DNA of 64,000 bases, taken from NCBI GenBank assembly GCA_015056915.1, contig SVFK01000008.1, forward strand, positions 42,624 through 106,623, given 5' to 3'. Shown here piece after piece: positions 28,269 to 39,053 of the stretch. A program made the position numbers and the translations under genes. The notes beneath the pieces were generated by a model, which was not told where the DNA came from, did not search any database, and was given only the letters and a program-made list of their open reading frames with translations. The DNA comes from Lachnospiraceae bacterium (GTDB lineage Bacteria; Bacillota; Clostridia; Lachnospirales; Lachnospiraceae). How positions within the stretch are numbered: position 1 is the stretch's first letter; the number at the start of each line of letters is the position of its first letter.

Positions 28269-29201
28269 TTAATTTTTTTCAGATTTTGATTGTTTTTCGT
28301 GGTTTTCCTCTGTTTCCACAGCTATAGCAGGAGTATATGCTGCTATTTTTCCTTTTTTAATAAGACATCTGACAACAATATCTGCTCCCACCGCAAATAC
28401 TACCATAATCAGTGAAAGCACCTGAGAAACCGGAATGGTGGTATTGGGAATAAAGAGTGTATCCGTACGGATGCCTTCAATTACAAATCTTCCCAGACCA
28501 TATCCTGCAAAATAAAGCAAGCATATCTCTCCATGGAATTTCTTATGTTTTCTGTAAAGAAGCATCAACAACAATATCAAAAAATTCCACGCACTCTCAT
28601 ATAAAAAAGTGGGATGCACCTGAATATAATTAATTCCCTCTGTAATATGCTGTGCAATACTCTCCGAAATATCACGTCGCCGAACCGCTTCAAGGGGTAG
28701 GCGCATGGCAAAGAGACTATCCGTATATTCACCGAACACCTCTCTATTCATAAAGTTGCCCCAACGTCCGATAGCCTGTCCCAAAATCAGACCCACAACA
28801 CTGGAGTCTCCGATTTGAAAGGGATTCTTTTTCTTGATTTTACTAAATATAAATAATGTAATGAACGCACCGATAACTGCACCGTAAATCGCCATACCGC
28901 CCTTTCGGGTATTGAAAATTTCCAGCAAATTATTCTTATAAGCATCCCATTCAAATATCACGTAGTATATTCTTGCACCGATAACCGAAAAAATCACTGC
29001 ATATATAGCAAAATCCCAAATAATATCCGGGTTCAGCTTCATCACCTTGGCATCATGCGCAGCCAGCAAAATTCCGGCAAATACGCCGATTCCGATTATC
29101 AAGCCATAAAATGCAATATCAAAACCAAATACGCTAAAGCTTCTTGGCACATTCTCCAGATAAATCCCCAAGTGGGGAAATGCAATATCTCCGGCATTCA
29201 T
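28269..29201 (-). CDS. lgt: Prolipoprotein diacylglyceryl transferase
   Basis: GARIYYV, GGMAIYG, QAIGRWGNFMNREVFG, HPTFLYES, RFVIEGIR. Confidence 0.96.
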   Translation of the reverse strand: MNAGDIAFPHLGIYLENVPRSFSVFGFDIAFYGLIIGIGVFAGILLAAHDAKVMKLNPDIIWDFAIYAVIFSVIGARIYYVIFEWDAYKNNLLEIFNTRKGGMAIYGAVIGAFITLFIFSKIKKKNPFQIGDSSVVGLILGQAIGRWGNFMNREVFGEYTDSLFAMRLPLEAVRRRDISESIAQHITEGINYIQVHPTFLYESAWNFLILLLMLLYRKHKKFHGEICLLYFAGYGLGRFVIEGIRTDTLFIPNTTIPVSQVLSLIMVVFAVGADIVVRCLIKKGKIAAYTPAIAVETEENHEKQSKSEKN

Positions 29202-29228
29202 AACTGTTGCATCCTTTCTTTCAGAAAA

Positions 29229-30326
29229 TTACACATTAAAGCGGAACAAAATAACATCTCCGTCCTTCACAACATATTCCTTACCTTCCATTCCCACAAG
29301 TCCCTTTTCGCGTGCCGCAGAAAGAGAACCCTGCTCCAGAAGATCCTTGTAATTAACAACCTCTGCCTTAATAAATCCGCGCTCAAAATCAGAATGGATT
29401 TTGCCGGCTGCCTGAGGTGCCTTGGTGCCCACCTTAATCGTCCACGCACGGGTTTCGTCTTCACCTGCTGTTAAGTAACTAATCAGTCCCAGCAGGGAAT
29501 AGCTTGCCTTAATCAGCTTCTCCAGACCGGATTCGGACAATCCAAGATCCTCAAGGAACATCGCCTTTTCATCATCATCTAACTCCGCAATCTCCTGCTC
29601 AATCTGCGCACAGATTACAAATACTTCGCTATCCTCACCTGCTGCAAATTCTCTTACCTTTGCCACCATAGCATTATCTTCGCCATCACTTGCCAGATCG
29701 TCCTCCGCAACATTGGCCGCATAGATTACAGGCTTGTATGTAAGCAGATTGTAAGACTGTAATAAAGCCTTCTCGTCCTCATCCTCAACTTCCATACTCT
29801 TTGCCATCTTACCGCCTTCAAGATGCTCCTTGATACGATGCAGAAGAGCCTCTTCTTTCGCCAGTGTCTTATCCATTCTTGCTGCCTTCGTCACCTTGGC
29901 AATCCTTCTTTCAAGAATCTCCAAGTCAGAGAAAACAAGCTCCAGATTAATCGTCTCAATATCACGCATGGGATTGACGCTGCCATCCACATGAATAACA
30001 TTACCGTCCTCAAAACATCTGACCACATGAACAATGGCATCCACCTCGCGGATATTACTCAAAAACTGATTACCCAGTCCTTCACCCTTTGATGCACCCT
30101 TTACCAAGCCTGCAATATCCACAAATTCTATAACTGCCGGTGTGACCTTTTTGGACTGATACATATCTCCCAACAGTTTTAATCTCTCATCCGGCACAGG
30201 TACAATACCCACATTGGGGTCAATAGTACAGAAGGGGTAATTAGCAGACTCTGCTCCCGCCTTTGTCAATGAATTAAATAAAGTACTTTTACCCACATTG
30301 GGCAAACCTACGATTCCTAGTTTCAT
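29229..30326 (-). CDS. ychF: Ribosome-binding ATPase YchF
   Basis: GIVGLPNVGKSTLFN, ANYPFCTIDPN, DIAGLVKGASKGEGLGNQFL, FRFNV. Confidence 0.97.
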   Translation of the reverse strand: MKLGIVGLPNVGKSTLFNSLTKAGAESANYPFCTIDPNVGIVPVPDERLKLLGDMYQSKKVTPAVIEFVDIAGLVKGASKGEGLGNQFLSNIREVDAIVHVVRCFEDGNVIHVDGSVNPMRDIETINLELVFSDLEILERRIAKVTKAARMDKTLAKEEALLHRIKEHLEGGKMAKSMEVEDEDEKALLQSYNLLTYKPVIYAANVAEDDLASDGEDNAMVAKVREFAAGEDSEVFVICAQIEQEIAELDDDEKAMFLEDLGLSESGLEKLIKASYSLLGLISYLTAGEDETRAWTIKVGTKAPQAAGKIHSDFERGFIKAEVVNYKDLLEQGSLSAAREKGLVGMEGKEYVVKDGDVILFRFNV

Positions 30327-30352
30327 TATATAGCATCTCCTTTTCAGTATTT

Positions 30353-31270
30353 CTAATACTTCTTCCTATTTTTCAATTCTTCATAAAGCAGGCAATAGTT
30401 ATCATAACGCATCCTGCTGATACTTCCCTCTTCCACAGCATCACGGATACCGCATACCGGCTCCGTAATATGGGAGCAACCGCCGAATTTGCAGTACTTT
30501 TCATATTCGGCAAATTCCGGGTAAAAGGCTGCCAGCGCCTCCTTTTCCAACTCAAACAAGCCCAGCGAGCTAAAGCCCGGCGTATCCAGAATATATGTGT
30601 TGTCTTCAATGGCTATCAGCTCTGAATGTCTGGTCGTGTGCTTACCGCGCTCGATTTTTTCACTGATAGAGCCCGTTTCCATGACAATACCGGACTGCAA
30701 ACAATTTACCAGTGAAGATTTACCCACACCACTGGGACCCGCTACGGTAGTAGTCTTACCGCGAAGCAACCCCTTCAGTTGCTCAATCCCCTGCTCATAC
30801 TTTGCACTGACACTGAGGGTGCGGTAACCGCACCTTTGGTAAATATCTTCGTATTGTACGCCGATACCTTCCTCATCTATATCTTGCTTATTAAAACAGA
30901 TAATACAGGGAATATTCTGTTGTTGCATCATAATTAAGAAACGATCCAGCAGGTTAAAGTTAGGCTGTGGTTTTACAATGGAAAATATCACCAAGGCCTG
31001 ATCTACATTAGCCACTGCCGGGCGTATCAGCTCACTATGTCTGGGTAAAAGCTCTCGGATATTTCCCTTTTTATTGTCTTCATCCAGCACATCCATTTCC
31101 ACATCATCCCCTACAAGGGGCTTTCGCTGATCCTTTCGAAAAATACCCTTCGCTTTACATTCATAAACCAGACCTTTGTCTAAAACAGCCGTTCCACAAT
31201 CTCCAACACTGCTTACGTGCACGTAATAGAACCCTGCAATTCCTTTCACTATCTTACCCTTCATAACCAC
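30353..31270 (-). CDS. rsgA: Ribosome small subunit-dependent GTPase RsgA/CpgA
   Basis: RPAVANVD, NKQD, GPSGVGKSSL, RGKHTTRH, DTPGF, C-terminal Zn site. Start is 31270 (GTG) or 31264 (ATG). Confidence 0.96.
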   Translation of the reverse strand: MVMKGKIVKGIAGFYYVHVSSVGDCGTAVLDKGLVYECKAKGIFRKDQRKPLVGDDVEMDVLDEDNKKGNIRELLPRHSELIRPAVANVDQALVIFSIVKPQPNFNLLDRFLIMMQQQNIPCIICFNKQDIDEEGIGVQYEDIYQRCGYRTLSVSAKYEQGIEQLKGLLRGKTTTVAGPSGVGKSSLVNCLQSGIVMETGSISEKIERGKHTTRHSELIAIEDNTYILDTPGFSSLGLFELEKEALAAFYPEFAEYEKYCKFGGCSHITEPVCGIRDAVEEGSISRMRYDNYCLLYEELKNRKKY

Positions 31271-33402
31271 TATTCCTGCACGAATTCAATTCTTCTGGTA
31301 AAGCTTCTTGTCTCCTGTACTCCGGGCACATTTACCGTTTCTCCCGTCTCAGGGTCAGTTGTGGTAGTGCCTTCTGTGGTTACAGTATAAGTCATAGTCA
31401 GCGTACCACCTGATGCAGACAGTCCATAAGAATTAACTGCCTGAGGGAAGGTTGTCGCTTTCGTATTGATAATCACCTGTCCGTCATCTGCTACCAGAAC
31501 AATCTCCACCTCTGTTCCTGCTACATAATCCGGTGCCTCATCAACTGTAGGAGCCTCAATACTGGTATTACATTTATAAGTCACCGCCTGTACGCCCTGA
31601 CTCACCTTAATATCCAATGCCGTACCGGGATCCACATAAGAACCATGAGAAAAACTCTGATAACAAATGTGACCCTCCGGCACTTCCTCATTATACTCAT
31701 AGGTTACACTACCGATGGACAGACCCACTTCTATGGCTTCAAAGGTTCCATCCTCTTCCGATAAACCAATCAGATTCGGCACTCTGATTTTGGTTTCTTC
31801 CTTTCCAAGACTTACTGTAACGGTTATCACACTTCCCTTTGGCGCCTTATTGCCACTGACAGGAGTCTGGGATATTACGATACCCTTTTCAATGGTTTCC
31901 GAATAAGCTTCCACTTTATTCACAAGAAAACCTTTACTCACCAGATTGGTGTTGGCCGTCTCATAGCCAAGCCCCGTAACCTCAGGTACTTCTACTCCCT
32001 GAGAGCCTGCACTGACCAGAAGCGTTACAGTATTGCCCACCTCAATCTTGGTTCCTGTATTGACACTTGCACTGATTACCACGCCTTCATCCACAACGTC
32101 GGATTCCTCATAGGCAATCTCCGGATTAATTCCCAACTCAAGCAAAGTACGTCTCGCATCATCCACGTTGATGCCCGTTACATTGGGCATACTTACATAT
32201 TCCTCTTCGACCTCTGTGCTTTGCTCTGTGGTAACAATAGGACCACTGGGTTCTTCTGTATCGTCCTGTTCCATTTTACCCAAAATCTTGGCTGCCAGAA
32301 CAATTATAATAATAAGAATTATGATTCCTGCAAGAATGGTGAGAATCGTTGTAACACGCTCCATTTTCGGATCATAATCATAATCTTCCTCTTCATCAAC
32401 TTCACCGGGATTTTCATAGAAGGAAGCAGTATCCGATTTCAAACGCATACCCTCTTCATGCTCTGCATATTCTCTATCCTCTGAATACACGGTACGCCTT
32501 TTAATCTGCGCAATATCCCTGTCCGTAATCATGCGAGTGCCCGCCTCTATGTCCGGATCATTTATAACCACAAATGCCTCATCCGGGCTCATCAAAGACT
32601 GCTTTAAATCTGCAATGACTTCCTGCATGTTCTGGTAACGTCGATCAGGAGATTTCTGGCAACATTTCAGCACAATCCCCTCCACGCTTGCCGGTATCTC
32701 CGGCACAAATTCCTTGGGTGAGGGCATCTCCTCCTGAATATGCTTAATCGCAATAGAAACCGTCGTTTCTCCGTTAAAAGGCACTCTGCCTGTCAACATC
32801 TCAAACATGGTAATACCGAGAGAGTAAATATCACTCTTCTCGTCGCTGTATCCGCCCCTTGCCTGCTCCGGCGAGGTGTAATGTACAGACCCCATTACAT
32901 TTGAGGTAATGGTATTACTGGTAGCTGCCTTAGCAATACCAAAATCAGTCACCTTTACCTTACCGTCCTTGGAAATAATAATATTCTGGGGCTTAATATC
33001 TCTGTGAATAATATGATTGTTATGGGCAGCCTCAATACCCATACACACCTGAATACCGATGCTCACAGCCTCTTTAAAGGATATTCTTGCTTTCTTTTCA
33101 ATATATTTCTTAAGGGTAATACCCTCCACAAGCTCCATTACAATATAATAAATACCGCTTTCTTCCCCTACATCATATACATTTACAATGTTGGGATGCA
33201 TTAAGCCTGCTGCCGCCTGGGCTTCAATGCGGAATTTGGATACAAAGTTGGCATTCTCGCTAAACTCCTGCTTCAATACCTTTACTGCCACGTAACGATT
33301 TAATTTGTGACACTTTGCTTTATATACATCAGACATGCCGCCGGTTCCGATTTTTTCTAGTATCTCGTAACGGTCGCCAATCATCATACCAATCTTGATC
33401 AT
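31270..33402 (-). CDS. prkC: PASTA-domain Ser/Thr protein kinase PrkC/PknB
   Basis: IGTGGMSDVY, HRDIKPQN, DFGIA, MGSVHYTSPEQARG; TM; three PASTA repeats. Confidence 0.95.
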   Translation of the reverse strand: MIKIGMMIGDRYEILEKIGTGGMSDVYKAKCHKLNRYVAVKVLKQEFSENANFVSKFRIEAQAAAGLMHPNIVNVYDVGEESGIYYIVMELVEGITLKKYIEKKARISFKEAVSIGIQVCMGIEAAHNNHIIHRDIKPQNIIISKDGKVKVTDFGIAKAATSNTITSNVMGSVHYTSPEQARGGYSDEKSDIYSLGITMFEMLTGRVPFNGETTVSIAIKHIQEEMPSPKEFVPEIPASVEGIVLKCCQKSPDRRYQNMQEVIADLKQSLMSPDEAFVVINDPDIEAGTRMITDRDIAQIKRRTVYSEDREYAEHEEGMRLKSDTASFYENPGEVDEEEDYDYDPKMERVTTILTILAGIIILIIIIVLAAKILGKMEQDDTEEPSGPIVTTEQSTEVEEEYVSMPNVTGINVDDARRTLLELGINPEIAYEESDVVDEGVVISASVNTGTKIEVGNTVTLLVSAGSQGVEVPEVTGLGYETANTNLVSKGFLVNKVEAYSETIEKGIVISQTPVSGNKAPKGSVITVTVSLGKEETKIRVPNLIGLSEEDGTFEAIEVGLSIGSVTYEYNEEVPEGHICYQSFSHGSYVDPGTALDIKVSQGVQAVTYKCNTSIEAPTVDEAPDYVAGTEVEIVLVADDGQVIINTKATTFPQAVNSYGLSASGGTLTMTYTVTTEGTTTTDPETGETVNVPGVQETRSFTRRIEFVQE

Positions 33403-33461
33403 ACTTCCTCTCCATTCTAAAGCTTAGAGTGTTATTATCCATTTTACCTTTCAGACAAATT

Positions 33462-34190
33462 CTAAGAAAAAGGTGCAATCAGTATTACACTGATATTATC
33501 CCTGCCACCATTTTCATTGGCAGCCCTTACCAATTCCTGTGCTTTTTCAACCATATCCCTCGCTCCGTCAAGCAGCATACGGATTTCTTCATCCTCCAGC
33601 ATATTGGTCAAACCGTCGGAGCACATTAATACGGTATCTCCCTCTTTTAGTTCAACTGTAAAGAAATCCGCTTCCACTCCGGCACTCACACCAACAGCTC
33701 TTGTAATAATATTCTTATCGGGATGATTTCTTGCATTTGCTCTGTCCAAGCCGCCCATTCTGACCATTTCCTCTACCAGGGAATGATCCACCGTAATCTG
33801 CTTTATCTCTTTGTTCACTACATATAATCTGCTGTCGCCCACATTTGCCACCTTAAGATAGTTACCTATGCAGGTTGCTGCTACTACCGTAGTGCCCATA
33901 CCTTCCAGCTCCGGGTTCTCACCTGCCATCCTGTGCACACATTCATTGGCAGCACTGATTGCTCTACCAAAAACAACCTTCGTGTTCTGCTCTGTCGAAG
34001 CTTCTATCTCCTTCAGCATAGTCTCCACAGCCAGCTTTGCCGCAAAATCGCCTGCATTGTGTCCACCCATTCCATCTGCCACAATAAACAGATTGGGCAG
34101 ATTACCCACAGGCTCCTCCGAGGTATATACATAATCCTGATTTACTTTTCTTCTCCTCCCGATATCGGTTATGGAAAATGTCTTAAGCAC
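33462..34190 (-). CDS. prpC: PP2C-type Ser/Thr phosphatase PrpC/Stp1
   Basis: VADGMGGH, ANVGDSR, CSDGL, GGRDNI; adjacent to the kinase. Confidence 0.95.
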   Translation of the reverse strand: MLKTFSITDIGRRRKVNQDYVYTSEEPVGNLPNLFIVADGMGGHNAGDFAAKLAVETMLKEIEASTEQNTKVVFGRAISAANECVHRMAGENPELEGMGTTVVAATCIGNYLKVANVGDSRLYVVNKEIKQITVDHSLVEEMVRMGGLDRANARNHPDKNIITRAVGVSAGVEADFFTVELKEGDTVLMCSDGLTNMLEDEEIRMLLDGARDMVEKAQELVRAANENGGRDNISVILIAPFS

Positions 34191-34211
34191 GTAACTTCCT
34201 CCTATAGGGAC

Positions 34212-35276
34212 TTAAATTTCATCCTGCTTATAGCTTGCAGTTTCTTTGGTATGTCTACGTCGCAGCTGTCCACAGGCCCCATCAATATCTCGTCCCATTT
34301 CCCTTCTTATAGTAACATTTATTTTGTTTTTTTCAAGTTTATTTTTAAAGCCTTGTATGTGTCGGGTATCAGATTGTACATAATCCCGCTCTTTGATAGG
34401 ATTCACGGGAATCAAATTAACATGGCAGCAAAGCGGTTTTGCCAGCTCTATTAACTCCTCTGCATCCTCCTGTGTATCATTCACTCCTCCTACCAGACTG
34501 TATTCAAAGGTGATGCGCCTGCCCGTGCAGGAAAAGTAATACGCACAGGCATCCATCAATTCTTCAATACTGTATTTATTAGCAATCGGCATAAGCCTTC
34601 TTCGCTTTTCATCAGTAGTTGCATGTAATGACAATGCCAGTGTAATCTGCAAACGCTCCTCCGCCAACTGGCGCATGCGGGGAACCAGTCCACAAGTGGA
34701 CACCGTTATGTTTCTCTGGCTGATATTCAGTCCGTTTTCGTCCGTAAGAATCTGCAAAAACTGTAGCAGATTATCGTAATTGTCCAAAGGCTCACCGGTT
34801 CCCATGACTACCACATTGGACACTCGTTCACCTGTCAGTCGTGTAATCGCATATATCTGGTCAAGCATCTCCGAGGGCAGCAAATTACGCTCCAGGCCAT
34901 CCAGCGTGGAAGCGCAAAACCGACATCCCATGCGACAGCCTACCTGGGAAGAAATGCACACGCTGTTGCCGTGCTTGTATTTCATCCAGACACTTTCCAC
35001 CACATTCCCGTCTGAGAGTTCAAACAAATATTTCCGTGTACCGTCTATCCGGGATTCCTGTACCTGAACAGCTTTTAAGGAGGTGTAGGTATACCATTCT
35101 CCGCATTGCTCTCTAAAAGACTTAGACAGATTGGTCATTTCCTCAAAGCCTTCTGCCAGCTTTACATGCATCCATTCATACATCTGTTTTGCACGAAAAG
35201 CCTTCTCTCCTCTTGCAGCCAGTTCCTTCTTCAGTTCCTCCAAGGTAAGGGATTTAATATCTTTTTTTACCTGCAT
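34212..35276 (-). CDS. rlmN: 23S rRNA m2A2503 methyltransferase RlmN
   Basis: CISSQVGCRMGCRFCAS, MGTGEPL, DIDGACGQL. Confidence 0.96.
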   Translation of the reverse strand: MQVKKDIKSLTLEELKKELAARGEKAFRAKQMYEWMHVKLAEGFEEMTNLSKSFREQCGEWYTYTSLKAVQVQESRIDGTRKYLFELSDGNVVESVWMKYKHGNSVCISSQVGCRMGCRFCASTLDGLERNLLPSEMLDQIYAITRLTGERVSNVVVMGTGEPLDNYDNLLQFLQILTDENGLNISQRNITVSTCGLVPRMRQLAEERLQITLALSLHATTDEKRRRLMPIANKYSIEELMDACAYYFSCTGRRITFEYSLVGGVNDTQEDAEELIELAKPLCCHVNLIPVNPIKERDYVQSDTRHIQGFKNKLEKNKINVTIRREMGRDIDGACGQLRRRHTKETASYKQDEI

Positions 35277-35335
35277 TATGATTCCTATGTTTCTGCGCCT
35301 CAAATATCCGCGCGCGTTTTACTCAATATTTATAG

Positions 35336-36739
35336 TTACTTCCTGCGAAGCCTTGCAAAAAAGAAGCCATCTGCCTCCATGTAGCCCGGCAATAATTGAA
35401 TATATGCTTCCTGCAGCCTCTCCTCGGATTCTACAGCAGTCTGACCGCTATGCACCTTCCGCTTTTGTTCCACTTCTCTCCTCTGCGCAAGCAATTCCTG
35501 CGGCAACACACCATCTAGGCTCTCTGCCTCAAAAGGGAAATTTTCCACAATCCAGCGCACCATCTCCTCATTTTCTGCAGGATTGATGGTACAGGTGCTG
35601 TAAAGCAGGATGCCACCCGGCTTCACATACTGCCAGCTATGTCCCACTATCTGTTTTTGCAGTGTTGTAATACTTTTTAGACTCTCGGGGGTTACATGAT
35701 ATTTAATATCTCGCTTCTTCCCCATAACACCCAGACCGGAACAAGGCACATCCATAATCACCACATCCGCAGCTTCCGTATACCTTTCATCCGCCACAGT
35801 GGCATCAAATACCTCCACCTCTATATTTGCAAGCTGCATGCGTTCCACATTCTCTTTTATCAAATCAACCTTACTGTCGGACACATCACGTGCTAGCACC
35901 TTGCTCGCCTTTTCTGCTGCAAGAATACTCTTTCCACCGGGGGCTGCGCATATATCCATCACAAAATCACCCTCTTTGATGTCAGCCGCCAGTACCGCTA
36001 ACACTGAGCTCACATCCTGCACGGTGAAGCGACCTTCTGCAAATCCCGGCAGGTTGTCCACACCCTCGACATTCTCTATGGTATACACATTGGTTAAATA
36101 AGTACCTTGACGGATTTCGGCACCGGTTGCTCTTATGTCAGACAGTAATTTTACCCGCTCTGATTCATCCAAATTCTCCCGAAATCTTATGGACACCGGA
36201 TGAATTTGCAGCATTCCCTCTAAGAGTGTTGCCGTAATTTCTTTTCCATATTCCTCCAGAAAGCACTCAACCAACCATTCCGGCATGGAATATCGAACAC
36301 TTAAGTACTCTGCCACATTTCCTTCATCAGGAAGCGGCAGATTGTTTTTATTTTTGGCAATATTTCGAAGCACACCATTGACAAAGCCCTTCAGATTATG
36401 AAATTTCCGTTTGGCTGCCAGCTTACATGCCTCGTTGCAGACTGCGCTGTCCGGCACAGAATCCATATACAGTAACTGGTATGCGCTCATTCGCAGAAGA
36501 CAACGTATCAGGGGCTTCATTTTTCTGACTGTAACCGTCGAATAATAATTCAGGTAGTAATCAAGCTCCAACTGTCTCTCGATAGTACCTTCCGTCACTC
36601 TCTTGATAAACGCCTTATCTCTGCCGTCCAGATAATTGTATTTGTCTAAAACAGCTTTCATCAGCTTGTGCGAAAATGTTTCCTCTCGCTCCAATGCAAG
36701 CAAAGTATCCAGTATAATCTCTCTGGTATTTTCCACCAT
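35336..36739 (-). CDS. rsmB: 16S rRNA m5C967 methyltransferase RsmB
   Basis: NusB-like N-domain (FVNGVLR), DICAAPGGKS, DVPCSGLG, YSTCT, DGFF. Confidence 0.95.
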   Translation of the reverse strand: MVENTREIILDTLLALEREETFSHKLMKAVLDKYNYLDGRDKAFIKRVTEGTIERQLELDYYLNYYSTVTVRKMKPLIRCLLRMSAYQLLYMDSVPDSAVCNEACKLAAKRKFHNLKGFVNGVLRNIAKNKNNLPLPDEGNVAEYLSVRYSMPEWLVECFLEEYGKEITATLLEGMLQIHPVSIRFRENLDESERVKLLSDIRATGAEIRQGTYLTNVYTIENVEGVDNLPGFAEGRFTVQDVSSVLAVLAADIKEGDFVMDICAAPGGKSILAAEKASKVLARDVSDSKVDLIKENVERMQLANIEVEVFDATVADERYTEAADVVIMDVPCSGLGVMGKKRDIKYHVTPESLKSITTLQKQIVGHSWQYVKPGGILLYSTCTINPAENEEMVRWIVENFPFEAESLDGVLPQELLAQRREVEQKRKVHSGQTAVESEERLQEAYIQLLPGYMEADGFFFARLRRK

Positions 36740-36741
36740 TC

Positions 36742-37452
36742 TTAGTCATCCCTTCTGCGATTGCCGCCAAACAAAAGCACCAGACGAAGCAGCTGTAGTG
36801 CCGAGGATGCCGCCGCTGCCACATAGGTCATTGCCGCAGCGCGCAATACCTTTTTGCAACCTGTGCTTTCTGCCTCTGTCAGCAAACCGTATTTTTCTAC
36901 TCTTTGTACAGCTCTTCTGGATGCATTAAATTCCACCGGCAACGTCACAAGCTGAAAAAGAACTGTAAGGGCAAATGCCCAGATACCTATCTGAATCAAG
37001 GTCTGATTCCAACTTAGCAGCACTCCGATAAGAATGAGCGGCATTCCGATAGAACTGCCAATATTCACTACCGGTACAAGAGCAGAACGGATATTTAAGG
37101 GGGCATATCCTCTGGCATGCTGAATCGCGTGCCCGCATTCATGTGCTGCCACGCCTACTGCCGTAACAGAAGGGTTGTGATAATTCTGATAGGACAATCG
37201 CACCGTATTGGTGCGTGGATCATAATGATCCCCCTTCTTGTCCTGAATACATTCCACCTGCACATTATACAAGCCCTCATTATTAAGTATTCTTCTGGCA
37301 GCTTCCGCGCCGTTAAGTCCGCTCATATTGCGCACCTTACTGTATTTGTTCATGGTGCTGTTTACAAGAGCACTTGCTCCCAAGCATAACAGCATACCGA
37401 TAATAACAAGAAAATAGGTAGGGTCCCAAAACAATCCCAAACCATAATACAT
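36742..37452 (-). CDS. YugP-like membrane zinc metallopeptidase
   Basis: DHYDP, AAHECGHAIQH, TLPVEFNASRRA, AAAMTYVA. Confidence 0.9.
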   Translation of the reverse strand: MYYGLGLFWDPTYFLVIIGMLLCLGASALVNSTMNKYSKVRNMSGLNGAEAARRILNNEGLYNVQVECIQDKKGDHYDPRTNTVRLSYQNYHNPSVTAVGVAAHECGHAIQHARGYAPLNIRSALVPVVNIGSSIGMPLILIGVLLSWNQTLIQIGIWAFALTVLFQLVTLPVEFNASRRAVQRVEKYGLLTEAESTGCKKVLRAAAMTYVAAAASSALQLLRLVLLFGGNRRRDD

Positions 37453-37558
37453 TTTATTTCCTCCTTACTCTCGTCACGCCGGCACTTCCTACCGTCTGTT
37501 TACAGAAAACAGAAAGCATAGGCATCACAGATGACATCACAATATATTTCTGTTGATA

Positions 37559-38518
37559 TTAGTTTCCAAGGGATTCTCCAACCTGTACTTTAACACCCAA
37601 TAGGAAATCATGTGTGGTCATACGCCTTTTTCCCTCTAATTGAAGCTCATAGATGCGGATTGCACCGTTCCCGCAAGCCACCTCAATATAGTCCTTGGTG
37701 ACAGAGGTAACGATTCCAGAGGTATCCGGCTGCTCTGTGTTGGCGGCGGCATTCTTTGAGGAAATTTCCACAGGTATGGCATGCCAAAGCTTCAGCTGTT
37801 TTCCCTTATAGAAAGTATAAGCACTTGGCCATGGATTCATACCCCGAATCAAACGGTCTATAACAATTGCATCCTTGGTAAAATCTACCTGCCCCATGCT
37901 CTTTTCAATGATGGGAGCATAACAGCTGTCGGCATCGTTTTGCTGCTCCGGCTTAAGCCTGCCTGCCTCTAAGAGAGGTAATGCCTCTGTAATGGCTTCA
38001 CCGCCAAGCACCATCAGCTTATCATGCAAGGTTTCAAAGGTGTCATCAGCCTCGATGTTTATTGCTTTTTTGTAAAGCATGTCACCTGTATCCAAGCCTG
38101 CATTCATCTGCATAATGGTAACACCTGTCTCCTCTTCTCCGTCAATAATAACATGCTGAATCGGGGATGCCCCACGATATTTGGGAAGCAATGAGGCATG
38201 AATATTTAGGCAGCCGAGCTTCGGCATATCCAGAATCTCTTGTGATAAAATCTGTCCAAAGGCCGCCACAATATATACGTCTGCCTCATATTGTGCCAGC
38301 TCTGCTATTGCCTCCGGGGTCTTAATTCGTCTGGGCTGCAATACCGGAATTCCATGGCGCAGTGCACACTCCTTCACCGGTGGAAATTGCAATTCCTTGC
38401 TTCTCCCTTTTGCCTTGTCCGGTTGTGTTACCACAGCAGTAATTTCGTATTCTTCCTCAATTAATGCCTCCAGTGCTCCCACAGCAAAATCAGGCGTTCC
38501 CATAAATACTATTTTCAT
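37559..38518 (-). CDS. fmt: Methionyl-tRNA formyltransferase
   Basis: MKIVFMGTPDFA, NIHASLLPKYRGASPI, GLDTGD, PWP. Confidence 0.97.
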   Translation of the reverse strand: MKIVFMGTPDFAVGALEALIEEEYEITAVVTQPDKAKGRSKELQFPPVKECALRHGIPVLQPRRIKTPEAIAELAQYEADVYIVAAFGQILSQEILDMPKLGCLNIHASLLPKYRGASPIQHVIIDGEEETGVTIMQMNAGLDTGDMLYKKAINIEADDTFETLHDKLMVLGGEAITEALPLLEAGRLKPEQQNDADSCYAPIIEKSMGQVDFTKDAIVIDRLIRGMNPWPSAYTFYKGKQLKLWHAIPVEISSKNAAANTEQPDTSGIVTSVTKDYIEVACGNGAIRIYELQLEGKRRMTTHDFLLGVKVQVGESLGN

Positions 38519-38522
38519 ATTT

Positions 38523-39005
38523 TTATTCTTCCTCTTCCTCATCATATACAACATCCAGCAGTTCACCCTCCACCTTTTCTACATACAGGTGTCCATCCAG
38601 ATGGTCCAGCTCATGGCAGATGGCTCTGGCAAGAAGCTCTGTACCTTCTATTTCAAAAGGTCTCATATTTACATCCAAAGCAACTGCTTTCACATAATTA
38701 GGTCTTGTTACCTGACCTGATTTACCGGGCACACTTAGGCATCCCTCCTGGCCGGTCTGCTCCCCGCTGCTTTCCACAATTCTGGGATTAATCAGGATAT
38801 AAGGGTCCTCGCCCGTCACATCGATTACCACAACTCTCTTTAATATGCCCACCTGAGGTGCCGCCAGTCCCACCCCGTTTGCCTCATACATTGTTTCCAG
38901 CATATCCTCGATCAATTCTTTGATTCGGGGAGTCATTTCTGTTATTTCCTTACATTTCTTGTTCAGTACCTCATCACCGTATTCACGAATATTTCGAATT
39001 GCCAT
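38523..39005 (-). CDS. def: Peptide deformylase
   Basis: GVGLAAPQVG, EGCLSVP, HELDHLDG. Confidence 0.97.
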   Translation of the reverse strand: MAIRNIREYGDEVLNKKCKEITEMTPRIKELIEDMLETMYEANGVGLAAPQVGILKRVVVIDVTGEDPYILINPRIVESSGEQTGQEGCLSVPGKSGQVTRPNYVKAVALDVNMRPFEIEGTELLARAICHELDHLDGHLYVEKVEGELLDVVYDEEEEE

Positions 39006-39053
39006 TTCATCCTCCTATCCGGTCATCTGACCGCATCTTATCTATTTTCTTCC

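Noticed and set aside
37453-37558. CCGGCACTTCCT shared with 27504-27515, and a partial NrdR-like CACAATATAT
   Set aside because: The 12-nt match is too short and is an RBS-like context at rsmH; the NrdR-like site lacks the conserved G and a partner box.
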